A stretch of 64,000 nucleotides of DNA from contig OZ024741.1 of the NCBI GenBank assembly GCA_964016885.1, positions 331,142,001 to 331,206,000 on the forward strand, written 5' to 3'. The DNA is from Eledone cirrhosa (taxonomy: Eukaryota). The position numbers and the translations under genes were made by a program. Below the pieces are notes generated by a model. It was given only the letters and a program-made list of their open reading frames with translations, made no database searches and was not told the origin of the DNA. Positions 1 through 12,674 of the stretch are shown here, one piece after another (position 1 is the first letter of the stretch; every line of letters begins with the position of its first letter).

Positions 1-13
1 ACGTACAGTAGCA

Positions 14-65
<52 letters not shown>

Positions 66-446
66 TATACACATATGCATACAGGTACACATACATATAT
101 GCACGCATCAGTTTAGCCGACGTTTATTATAACGCCTGCTTTGTTCGTTTGTTTATCAACAAATCGAACAGCCTGAATTTATGCCATACGGTGTTAAGGC
201 AACCACGTCACCCTTTTGTTCAACACTGACACAGGAACGATGTACTAGTTTCAAGCTTGTTAGCTATCATCAGCACCGTTTACCCATCTGCCAGATAGTT
301 GAACGTTCGTTGCCTTAACACCGTATGGCATAAATTCAGGCTGTTCGATTTGTTGATAAACAAACGAACAAAGCAGGCGTTATAATAAACGTCGGCTAAA
401 CTGATGCGTGCATATATGTATGTGTACCTGTATGCATATGTGTATA

Positions 447-534
<88 letters not shown>

Positions 535-547
535 TGCTACTGTACGT
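1..547. mobile_element. Inverted-repeat element (arms ~1-203 and ~309-547) with a hammerhead in the spacer; Penelope-like pLTR/retrozyme-like
   Basis: atgccatacggtgttaaggcaac (181-203) is the reverse complement of 309-331. Identity continues to the window start, apart from the length of the internal (TA)n. Confidence 0.75.
237..279 (-). ncRNA. Minimal type I hammerhead ribozyme
   Basis: Minus strand reads acggtg-CTGATGA-t-agct-aaca-agct-t-GAAA-ctag-TA-catcgt: 6-bp stem I, stem II agct/agct, palindromic stem III region (ACTAGT), GUA triplet. Confidence 0.8.
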
Positions 548-867
548 CTGTATACATATATGTATGTACGTATACATACATACTTACATTTAAGTAAGTG
601 CCATACTAAGAGTGAGAAATGAAATTTCGTTTTCATTTTTTTTCAACTTATATATATATATATATATATATGAATAAAAGTCGAATCGTGCCAATCCGTT
701 CATGAGATGAATGAGTTAAAATGAAGGAAGGGGGATGGTGAAAATTCTACGGCGAAAAAAATAATCAGCGTTTCAACTTTTGCACAAAGCTCTGTGTGAG
801 TATATATGTGTGTGTGTGAAGGTATGAGAGTGTGAAAGGGAGGAAGGGAAATGGCGTAAAAACTATT

Positions 868-1025
868 GTCATCAACATCATCATCATCATTGTCATCATC
901 ATCGTTGACGTCGTCGTCATCATCGTCATCATGATTATGAGCATCATCATTGTCATCATCTTCGTCATCATCCACAACATCATCATCATCATAATCATCA
1001 TCATCACCATCAACAACATCATTAT
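868..1025. repeat. (ATC/GTC)n microsatellite
   Basis: Direct reading. Confidence 0.95.
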
Positions 1026-1026
1026 C

Positions 1027-1520
1027 GCTAGGGTGCCACACTATGGCACTGGGAAGCTCGGGTGACACAGTATGGCAATATGGAGCTAAGGTGACGCAGT
1101 ATGGCAATGGTGAGATACGGTGCCAAAATAAGGCCCTTTGAAGCTAGGGTGCCACACTATGGCACTGTGGAGCTAGGGTGGCACACTATGCAATGGGGTG
1201 GATAGGGTGGATAGTATGACATTAGGAAGGTAGGAGGACAAAATACGGCACTTCGAAGATAAGGTGCCGCAGTATGGCACTGCGGAGCTAGAGTGGCACA
1301 CTATGGAACTGGGGAGCTTCAGTGACACAGTATGGAAATATGGAACTAGGGTGACCCCCAAATGGCAATGTGGAGATAGGATGGTAAAATCTCAGTACAT
1401 CGCAGCTAGGGTGCCGCACATTGCACTGCGGAGCTAGGGTGGCACACTATGCAACTGGAGAGCTTCAGTGACACAGTATGGAAATATGGAACTAGGGTGA
1501 CCCCCTATGGCATTGGGTAG
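1027..1520 (+). repeat. Degenerate minisatellite, ~24-bp unit like gctagggtgccacactatggcact
   Basis: Recurring gctagggtg...tatggca units. Confidence 0.85.
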
Positions 1521-1934
1521 ATAGGATAGGAGAATATAGCATATACACATTACATATACACACTAATTATTACATACGTAGCGTTCTATGTATGAGTTAT
1601 GTATGATATGTAAATATAAATGTGTGTGAGTAAAAGTGAGGTAGAGGAATGCTGAAAAACACTACTGCAAAGACAGCTAACATACTTCCAAACTTTGTTA
1701 CGTTCTGTGTGAGTGTGTGTATGACTGTATGTTTGTGTTTGTGCGAATGCATTTGCATACATTTATATGTATGAGTATATAAATATAAACGCGCAAACAC
1801 AGACACACAAAAACACACACTCACAGACATACATTCACCCAAACACACATACATTTACACAAACACACACATATGCATACATATACACACACATACATAC
1901 CATTCCCACAAACACACACATACATTCAAGAGGT

Positions 1935-2200
1935 GGCAGGGTGGGGTGGATTATTACTCGAGAATTGGTGGAGTGGGGTGAGAGGTTATTCGAGAGGTGG
2001 TGGGATATGTTCGGGGTTATTCGAGTGGCGGTCGGGTGGGGGTTATTCGAGTGGTGGTCGGGTGGGGTTAGGGTGGATTATTTAAGTGCGAGCGTGAGTT
2101 ATACAAGTGGTTGTAGGTAAGGTTTTTTTAGTGATGGTGGGGGCTATTCGAGTGGTAAAAATATGGGGGGAGGGGTTATTCGAGTGGTGGTGAGTGGGTG
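1935..2200 (+). repeat. G-rich tandem repeat (ggggttattcgagtggtggt-like)
   Basis: Recurring ggttattcgagtggt units. Confidence 0.75.
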
Positions 2201-5075
2201 AAATAAAAAATGGATCCCCCAAATAAAAAAGGATCCCCAAATAAAAAAGGATCCATCAAATATATAATGGATCCATCAAATAAAAAATGGATCACCCAAA
2301 TAAAAAATGGATCCATCAAATAAAAAATAGATCCATTAAATAAAAAATGGATCGATGAAATAAAAGATGGATCCCGCCAAATAAAAAATGGATCCAGCAA
2401 TAAAAAAATGGACCCCCCCGCCCAAATCTGGCACCCATGCTTAATAATTTTAATCCTGTACTTATCGTTATTAATTTTAATCCAGCACTGATCATAAGTG
2501 TTTTAATCCAACACTGACACATTTGGTTCCATCAAATAAAAAATACATATTAATTTTAATCCAGCACTTATCTTTATTAATTTTTATCCTGCGCTAACAC
2601 TTATATTAAATCTGGCACTGACACTTATTTTTAATCCAGCACCTATCCGGCACTGACACTTACTATTCTTAATCCGGCGCTGACACTTATTATTTTTAAT
2701 CTGGCACCTATCCATTAATTCTAATCCTGCACCTAAATTGATTATTTCTAATCCAGTACTTATCTTTATTAATTTTATTCCGGCACTGACGTTTATTATT
2801 TTTACTATCACCAAATAAAAAATTGATCATCTAAATAAAAAATGGATCCATCAAATAAAAAATGGATCCATCAAATAAAAATGGATCACCCAAATAAAAA
2901 ATGGATCACTCAAATAAAAAATGGATTATCCAAATAAATAATCGATCACCCAAATAAAAAATGGATCCATGAAATAAAGCATGGACCCGTCAAATAAAAA
3001 TGGATCAACCAAATAAAAAATAGTTACATCAAATAAATGAATCCGTAAAAGAAAAAAAAGATCATCCAAATAAAAAATGGATCCATTAAATAAACAATGG
3101 ATCACCCAAACAAAAAATGGACACATCAAATAAAAAATGAATCCATCAAATAAAAAAGGGATCCATGAAATAAAACATAATCCCCGCCAAATAAACAATG
3201 GATCAACTAAATAAAAAATGGATCCATGAAATAAAAAAGGATCACCCAAATAAAAAATGGCTTACCCAAATAAAAATGGACCCGTCAAATAAAAAAAGGC
3301 CCCCAAATAAAAATCGATCCATCAAATAAAAAAATAGACCCATCAAATGAAAAATGGATCCATCAAATAAAAAATGGATGCATGAAATAATGGATTTCCC
3401 AAATGGATCTCCCAAATAAAAATGGATCACCCAAATAAAAATGGATCACACAAATAAAAAATGGATCACCCAAATAAAAATGGATTATCCAAATAAAAAA
3501 ATGGATCACCCAAATAAAAATGGATCCATGAAATAAAGCATGGACACCGTCAAATAAAAAATGGATCACCCAAATGAAAAATGGTTACATCCAATAAAAA
3601 TTGGATCAACCAAATAAAAAAGGATCCATCAAATAAAAAATGAATCACCCAAATAAAAAATGGACCCATCAAATAAAAAATGGATCCATCAAATAAAAAA
3701 TGAATCACCCAAATAAAAAAATAGATCCAACAAATAAAAAATGAACCCATCAAATAAAAAACGCCCCCCCCCCCCAATAAAAAATTGACTCATCAAATAA
3801 AAAATGGTTACATCAAATAAAAAATGGACCCCAAAAAATGAATCCATGAAATAAAAAATGGATGAGCCAAATAAAAAATGGACAGATCAAATAAAACATC
3901 GCAGATCCAAATAAAAAATGGACCCATCAAATAAAAAAGGGACCCAGCAAATAAAAAAGGATCCATCAAATAAAAAATGAATCACCGAAATAAAAAATGG
4001 ATCCATCAAATAAAAAACGGATCCCCCAAATAAAAAATGGACCCATCAAAAAAAGGGATCACCCAAATAAAAAATGGATCCATCAAATAAAAAATGGACA
4101 GATCAAATAAAAAATCGATCCATCAAATAAAAAAGGGATCAACCAAATATAAAATGGATCTATCAAATAAAAAACGGATCCATCAAATAAAAAATGGATC
4201 CATCCAATAAAAAAAGGGATCAACCAAATAAAAAATGGATCCATCAAATAAATGAATCCGTAAAAGAAAAAAAAGATCATCCAAATAAAAAATGGATCCA
4301 TTAAATAAACAATGGATCACCCAAACAAAAATGGGCCCATCAAATAAAAAAATGGATCCATGAAATAAAAAATGGATCCATCAAATAAAATAATGGATCA
4401 CCCAAATAAAAAACGAATCCATCATATAAAAAATGGATCCATGAAATAAAAATGGATCACGCAAATAAAAAATGGATCACCCAAATAAAAAAATGTACCC
4501 ATCAAACGGATCCATCAAATATAAAACGGACTCCCAAATAAAAAATGGACAAATCAAATAAAAAATGGATCCATGAAATAAAAAAGGGATCCATAAAAAA
4601 AAATGGATTACTAAAAAAAAAAATGGATCCATAAAATAAAAAAATGGATCCATCAAATAGAAAATGAATCCATAAAAAAAAAAGATGAGCCAAATAAAAA
4701 ATGGACCCATCAAAGAAAAATGGACTAGTCAATTAAAAAATGGATCCATCAAATTAAAAATGGATAGATCAAATAAAAAATGGACAGATCAAATAAAAAA
4801 TCGATCCATCAAATAAAAAAGGGATCAACCAAATATAAAATGGATCTATCAAATAAAAAAACGGATCCATCAAATAAAAAATGAATCCATAAAAAAAAAG
4901 ATGACCCAAATAAAAAATGGACATTAAAAAAAATGGACTATTCAATAAAAAAATGGATCCATCAAATAAAAAATGGACAGATCAAATAAAAATGGATCCA
5001 TCAAATAAAAATAGATCACCCAAATAAAAAATGGATCACCCAATGAAAAATGGACCCATCAACTAAATGGAGGAT
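2201..5075 (+). repeat. ~20-bp satellite AAATAAAAAATGGATCCATC / AAATAAAAAATGGATCACCC
   Basis: More than 100 tandem copies, interrupted by a different ~23-bp repeat at ~2425-2810. Confidence 0.95.
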
Positions 5076-5094
5076 CCATTTTTTATTAGGGGCA

Positions 5095-5400
5095 CCGACA
5101 CTTATTATTTTTAATCCGGCATCCATCATTAGTATTGTTAATCCGGCACTTGAATTTTCTATATTTTATCCGGCATTCATGCTTAAACCGGCACTGACCT
5201 TCATTATGTTTAATCTGTCACTGACCCTTATTATTTTTAATCAGACATTTACCCTTACTATTTTTAATCCGGCACTAATTTTCATTATTTTTAATCCGGC
5301 ACTGGTAATTTGTCTTTTTAGTCTGGATCTTAAACTTATTATTTTTAATCCGGCACTAATCCATAGTTTTTTTAATCCGGCCCCGACTCTTATTATTTTT
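5095..5400 (+). repeat. ~23-bp tandem repeat (ttatttttaatccggcactgacac), same as 2425-2810
   Basis: Recurring taatccggcact units. Confidence 0.85.
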
Positions 5401-5777
5401 AGTGTGCCACCCAAGCCCCGCAGTGCTGAATTGCGGCACCTTAGCTTCAAAGTACGACAATTTGCTACACTATCTCCTCATTGCCATATTTCCATACTTT
5501 GTCACTGAAGCTCCCCAGTTCCATAGTGGACCCCATAGTGGTGATGATGAGCTTTTTTTTACACCATTCCCCTTACTCCCTTGTACACACTCATACATTC
5601 ACACACACACACATAGATACTCACACAGAGCTTTGTGCAAAAGTTGAAACGCTGATCTATTTTTCGCCATAGAATTTTCACCATCCCGCTTCTTTCGTTT
5701 TAACTCATTCATCTCACGAGCAGACTGACACGGAGGGATACGATTCGACTTTTATATAGATTATATTAAATATATAT

Positions 5778-5946
5778 ATATAGGAAAAGAGACAGGACCC
5801 CGGCGGCTGAGCTCAGGCCGTTTTGACAGCTGTTCCGAACTGTTCGGATCTTGTCTCTTTTCCTATTACCCACCCTACTTCCCTAAGTATCAAGTACTCT
5901 GGTGCGTTATGGTTCACCTGATATCTTACCACACCTTCTTTGTTTT
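5778..5946 (+). mobile_element. Short (TA)n-flanked element with terminal inversion; homologous to 62650-62800
   Basis: taggaaaagagacagga / tcttgtctcttttccta inverted. 3' part aagtatcaagtactctggtgcRttatggttcacctg is shared with 62740-62775. Confidence 0.6.
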
Positions 5947-5958
5947 ATATATATATAT

Positions 5959-6481
5959 ATATTGTTATACTTTGGGAGGGTCATGTTGCCAATAAGAAAC
6001 ACACGCACCAGTTGCTTTCACTTCAATTTATTATAATAAATTTATAAATTTAGGAATTTATAAATTTCCGGTTGATTGGTTGGTTCCACAACCAGATGGT
6101 TGTTTATATATTGTCAGGGCTCTTTCGTCACACATTCTGTGACCTCTTCAGTGATTGGGGATTCTTTTCTTTGTTTTTGTGCCTCTCCTTTGTTCTGTCC
6201 TACGCCATCTTGTTTCACACACAGAAACAAGATGGCGTAGGACAGAACAAAGGAGAGGCACAGAAACAAAGAAAGGAATCCCCAGTCACTGAAGAGGTCA
6301 CAGAGTGTGTGACGAAAGGACTATGACTATATATAAACAACCATCTGGTTGTGGAACCAACCAATCAACCGGAAATTTATAAATTCCTAAATTTATAAAT
6401 TTATTATAATAAATTGAAGTGAAAGCAACTGGTGCGTGTGTTTCTTATTGGCAACATGACCCTCCCAAAGTATAACAATAT
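5959..6481. mobile_element. ~520-bp hairpin element (arms 5959-6216 / 6224-6481, 7-nt loop) with a hammerhead in each arm
   Basis: Near-perfect reverse complement with loop acacaca; (TA)n on both sides. Confidence 0.8.
6284..6328 (+). ncRNA. Minimal type I hammerhead ribozyme
   Basis: agtca-CTGAAGA-g-gtcaca-gagtg-tgtgac-GAAA-ggac-TA-tgact. The mirror copy at 6112-6156 (-) has a mutated cleavage site (GAAAgagcCC). Confidence 0.75.
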
Positions 6482-6535
6482 CGGTTTCAACACACGTTTT
6501 CAGATAAAGAATCTTGCTAAACAAATTCAGAAACG

Positions 6536-6599
<64 letters not shown>

Positions 6600-6624
6600 A
6601 AAATTAGAAATTCGTTTTTCGCTC

Positions 6625-6925
6625 AAACATAACTGATCTGGCTGGATCCTAGACCTGCTAACCACTAAAATGAGGCAAAATGGGAAGAGTTTACACAATG
6701 AAAGCTATACTCATTTTCACAAGAGAAGACATCTCCCACCCACCCCAAAGTGGGTGAGAGATCTCGGCGTCGGACGGGGAGAGTTGACAGGTTTGGGATC
6801 CCCAAGTGAGACCAGCCAAGCTCATGGATGTTATCAAACCATCTTGCTCGGGGTCTATCCATTGGTTTTGCCCGTAAAATCTGTCCAGCGATTCTTTCCT
6901 AACCACATGCCCAGAGAAGTGTAGT
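6625..6925 (-). mobile_element. RTE LINE 3' fragment
   Basis: RPRARWFDNIHELGWSHLG peptide; similar to 8625-8780. Confidence 0.75.
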
Positions 6926-7178
6926 TTTAAGAAAAAAAATCCTCTCTAAAATGAATAAGGATGAAATCCTTAATGTTTTTCTCAAGAAACATATAGAATC
7001 CACTGTACCCGAATGTTGTCAAAAATGTGGTCCCACGAAAATAAATATCTAGTTATTATTTGACAAGCAATGACAAGTTCTAGTCATATAAAAGTAATTG
7101 AGATATATATTATTAATTTAAGTTTGAATAGAAATGCATACATACAATCAATTCATTATTGCTAGGAAACTTATAAAT

Positions 7179-8130
<952 letters not shown>

Positions 8131-8489
8131 AATACACAAAAATCTACGAATAAAAAAAAAAGAATTGCTAATTTTACAGTTTGATTGTGGTGAAAGACTT
8201 TCCGGTCTTGTACAACGTTATTTTTTTATTAATTGTATTACTTATTCACTGAATTGGTGTGTAAAGTGGCTGAATATTCCACTAATGGTACCGCAACTCC
8301 TGGATGAGTCGTAGGAGCGGCGTATTGACATACGGCATTTCCAGGGCACTTTTAAAACCTGGTGGAGTCCATCTTCTTTTCAGGTCTGACTATAGCAGAT
8401 TCCTTGGCAGATTCCAGAATGGTAGAGAATGAGAGAAACGAAGTGAGAAAGAGATATAAAGGAAGAATCGATCCCAGTACTAGGCTGGT

Positions 8490-11400
8490 TCTTCTTCTTC
8501 TTCTTCTTCTTCTTCTTCTTCTTCTTCTTCTTCTTCTTCTTCTTCTTCTTCTTCCTGAGAGGGTCGTGGGGGCAGAGTCATCAAACACTCCTTCCAGTGG
8601 CTCCTGTCAGAAGCAACCGTCTCCAACTGATCTGGCTAGATCCCAAGCGAGACCTGCCAAGCTCATGGATGTTATCCAACCATCTTGCTTGGGGTCTACT
8701 CCTTGTGTCTCCTACCAGTTGGTTTTTCCCGTAAAATCAGTCCAGCGATTCATTCCTGAGACATTCTAACCACATGCTCATAGTATCGAATCTGTGATAT
8801 CTCAATACGGAGATGTAGCAGCTCAGCCTGAAGTGACTCTGATCTCTGTCGAGTAACGTTATTCTAAAGACCCTTCGGAGGAACCCCATATCGGCCGCTT
8901 GTATTCGCGATCACATTCTTTCGGTCATTACCCAAGATTCATGATCAAAGGTAAGGAATTGAAGATAGCGAGTTTGGCTTTTGTGCCTAACTCCGTTCTG
9001 ATTACTGAATACTGAAGCTGGCGCATTACTGCACCAGCTCCTGCAATTCTTTCACTTAATTCAGCCTCATGCCTTCCATCACTCGTGAAAACGGTCTCGA
9101 GATACTTGAACTTCTCTATCTGCTTCAGTGGAACTCAATTTACATGTAAAGTGCATTACGCAGGCTTCTTTGAGAGGACGAGTGTCTCAGATTTCGCAGC
9201 ACTGATTTTCATTCCAGCAATGCAGCACTTGGCATAAAACCTACCGAGTGCAAGATCATCTTCTGTCCAGTTAAGTAACACCATGTCGTTTTGCAAATTC
9301 CAGCCGACTGATTTTACACCCGCTAGTCATGATACCACTTACAACATGGCCGCGCATGTCAATCCTGTTCATGTAAATAATTGTTTCTACTATTGGCACA
9401 CGGCCAGAAATTACCCCAGTACATTACTGGTACTTTATTTTATCGACCCCGTAAGGATGAAAGGCAAAGTGAACCTCGGCGGGATTTGAATTTACACCAT
9501 AAAGGGGCGTAACTCTATGCTGCAAAGCATGGCGTCCGACCTTCTACTGATGAACAAGAGAGTTAACAGTGTGCACCATCGATTCCCTACTCCTGCAGAA
9601 CCTTCCACAGCATTTTCAAGGTCGATAAAATAAGAATGTACCTCTTGTCAATATTCCCACGATTTCTGGAAGACCTGTGGCAGTGTGTATATTTGGTCGG
9701 TTGTGCTGCGTCCGGGGCGAAAACCACATTGTTCGTCTGCTAGCTTGGACTCGACAATCTCTCTGCGCCTCTCTGCTAGACACTTAGCATCGATTTTACC
9801 GGAGAGGTTTAACAAGGAGATCCCTCTGTAATTGGAACAATCTTTCTGAAAATTGGGGTTATCACTCCCGATTGCCATTGCTTAGGTGCCTTTCCAAAAA
9901 TCCAAGCCACCCGGCACATCCGAGTCAGCTAGAAAATACCTTCTCTATTTATGACTTTTAACATCTCGGGTCGGATTTCACCTTCCCCAGCGGCCTTGCC
10001 ACGTTTGAGCGCTTTGACTGCTCTTGTGACCTCAACCTGTGAGAGATTATTCACCGCTCCCAGATGCACCTCATATACATCAGAAGATACTGTTATGGTC
10101 AGGTTTAGGAGATCAGCAAAGTATTCTCTCCATCTCGCGAGGATGCACCTCTCTGAAGAGAGGAGAACTCCAGACGCGTTCTTGATAGCAAGTGTAGTGG
10201 AGGACTTCTTATTACGAAGTCGGCGGATGATATGCCAGAACACTTTATTTGCTGATCTGAAGTCGGATTCAAGCTTAACCCAAAACTCCTCCCATGTCTT
10301 AACTTTGGACGCCTTTACTGTCTCTGCTGCCATTCTTCGTGTCTGCTTGTATCGCAAGTGCAAGAAGGAGGACTTATTTCCAAGCCAAGATTTGTAAGCC
10401 TCCTTCTTTACTCAAATGGCATCTTTGACCTCTTGATTGAACCAAGGAGTCCCCCTGCCATCTGGCGCCACACCAAGCCTCTTTCACCCGTATCATTCAA
10501 CTGCTGAAGCATAAACTGCTGCGCTGAACAATCTCCTGTCTGTCTCAACATCCTCGGATTGCTCAGGGAGTTCTCTGAATTTGGATGCAATAGTATCTGC
10601 ATACATGGCCCTGACTTCCTTATCAACCAGTGCTTTCCACTTTATCCTGTAGGTCGCCCTGGATCTGTCAGTTTTGTGGGCTTCTTTGGCTTTAGGTAGT
10701 CTCACGTTGCAGATAACTAGATGGTGATGAGTTGACAGCTCAGTCCCTCTCTTAACACGAACATCCACCACAAAATCAAAGAAACCAGAGACAATAACAA
10801 AATCAATTATTGATCTCTGTCCCTGATTCCCCTTATACTATGTATATTTATGGATGTCTCTGTGTTGGAAGAAAATATTCATAATAGGGAGTCAATTGCT
10901 AGATCAACAGTCTAGCCAGGCCTTTCCATTCGTATTTAGATCGGTGTCACCATTCTTTCCAATCACTTCTTTCGATGTCAAGTGGTCAGTACCAACATGT
11001 GCATTGAAGTCTCCCATTAAGATATATGACTCAGTCTTAATATCTAACACTGCAGTAACTTCATCAAGGAAGGATCTGTATCTAACTCTTTGTTTGATGC
11101 ATAAACTTGCACCACCCACAGAGACCTATCTTTCAGCCTAAACTTCAAGAGGTAAATCCACTCTCCTAACGGGATCCACTCCATAACACATTCTGACAGC
11201 AAGGGGCTTGTGAGTATCCTCAATCCTGCCTGTGCAGTCATTTCTAGCGCGACACCTGAATAGTGGAGTTTCCGTCCTCCATCTAGAGCCACGGAACTTT
11301 GTTGAGGAAACCTCGACTATATCTAGCCGGTAGCATCTAGCCTCCCCCACTAGTTCCTGCTCCTTACCTGCAAGGGTTGTTATGTTTCAGGTTTCAACTG

Positions 11401-11900
11401 TTAAGGTTTTCTCCCTTTCGGACCATCTTTGTGCGTCCATCCCACGCCTCCAAGGACAGGTCGCAGTCCCATTGCTAATTTTTGCAGCATGAAATGGAGA
11501 CAGCAATATATTTTTTCGAACAGGCCCCTCTAGCTAAGGCCCGCTAGAGAACGGGTCGCGGGTAGCGATACGGCCACCAGATATGATGGCTAGTTGCGAT
11601 ATAAGCGGGCAACTGCCGGACGAATAAGCAGCCCTGGTTCAACAGCGGTATACTACTAGTGGAGATGGAGCAATGGGTGACACCTGTAACTCCCAAGAAA
11701 ACTCTCACAACCCAGTGACGTAGCTACGACGAGGTGAGTAAAGGCTGCCTCTAAAAAAGCCTGGTCTTCGTAGGTTTGACAAAATACCAGATTGGTGAAT
11801 GGCGCAAATAAAACCACTGAAACTGAAACTGCAATATGTTGAGGAAAACAAAAAAGAACTATACCACATCGCCCTTCACGCGGGTTAACAAGAATATAAC
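8490..11900 (-). mobile_element. Decayed near-full-length RTE-clade LINE (APE endonuclease + RT) with (AAG)n tail
   Basis: APE motifs NITTLAGKEQELV, GDFNAHVG, STHHHLV; RT motifs CSNYRGISLL, QCGFRPGRSTTDQ. Many stops and frameshifts; (CTT)n tail at 8490-8555. Confidence 0.9.
9375..9550 (-). mobile_element. tRNA-derived SINE (family A) inserted in the RTE RT region
   Basis: ctggtactttattttatcgaccccgtaaggatgaaaggcaaag...ggatttgaa, shared by many copies in the window. Confidence 0.8.
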
Positions 11901-11904
11901 TGTA

Positions 11905-12674
11905 GGATTTTATTCACAGTTCACAATTCTTTAAGAATGAAAATATAAACACAAATATAAACACATATAACAAATACAATTAACTATGGCTAGGAACCTC
12001 ACAAATATAACGCACCAAAATATACGATCAGAGCGAGAGAAAAAAAAGGGAAACAAAAATAAAATAAAAACAACCATCAATTCACCAACAAGTGTGACAT
12101 TCGGCCGCACATCACAAGAGCCAACAGAATATTTTGAGGCAAGCCAACACGCTCGCAGCATTACCACGGCTGATGACGAGACTACAGCACTGAAACAACC
12201 AGGCACCCTCACGGTTATCATTTAACACCTCTGTAAGGCGAGCCTCCAACGTTGTCAAGAACTTCGCTGTCAGCGACCAACTCCACCAAACGTCTCGAAT
12301 GTCACAGACTGGAAAAAGTAATTGTTTGATGGTTCCCAGTATTTTCGGATTTAATTCCGTTCGGCAACGGAAGCAGCGACCCCAACATTTAACACGGCAT
12401 CCATGATGTGGGAGGGAGCAAAAGAGTCACTGACTGTGACGTCCCAGACGAGACATCTACCTCTTACCCAGGGTCAAAGGGCAAGGCCGTCTGGTCTCTT
12501 CCTATCACTACTGGATAATCCAGTCGACTCGAGAACTGAGGGGATATTTACCCAAGTTAGGGCCCGCTTAATGATCAGGTTTAGCGCGCGATGGCGAGCG
12601 AAGCGACCAGTATTCAGGCGGCAATACAAACCATGGAGGCCTGTGGGGTCGAAGGACCTACCACATCAGCTGCG
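11905..12674 (-). pseudogene. 3' fragment of a CRE-like non-LTR retrotransposon (zinc knuckle + restriction-like endonuclease)
   Basis: Manual translation: CGRSFDPTGLHGLYC...RFARHRALNLIIKRAL...IPSVLE...RKRPDGLAL*PW...LVWDVTVSDSFAPS...FETFGGVG/...REGAWLFQ...ISRGNAASVL; stop ~12112. AATAAA at ~11908. Confidence 0.8.

Larger units (their letters stand above)
674..5755. mobile_element. Foldback-like non-autonomous DNA element with long terminal inverted repeats and a satellite-filled interior
   Basis: ataaaagtcgaatcgt...ttttgcacaaagctctgtgtgag (674-~870) is inverted at ~5545-5755. The subterminal ~24-bp repeat (1027-1520) is also inverted at 5400-5530. TA runs on both sides; no ORF. Confidence 0.7.

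Noticed and set aside
280-636. ORFs rich in [18 protein letters not shown], poly-D/M/I/L/R here and throughout the window
   Set aside because: They are translations of microsatellites, with no coding signal.
2176-5508. Many MDPFFIW-type ORFs and a CRISPR-like look of the 20-bp array
   Set aside because: Tandem satellite with no unique spacers and no cas genes, in a eukaryotic context.
11500-11900. HDV-like ribozyme in the RTE 5' UTR
   Set aside because: Plausible from family knowledge, but I could not identify the nested double pseudoknot by eye.
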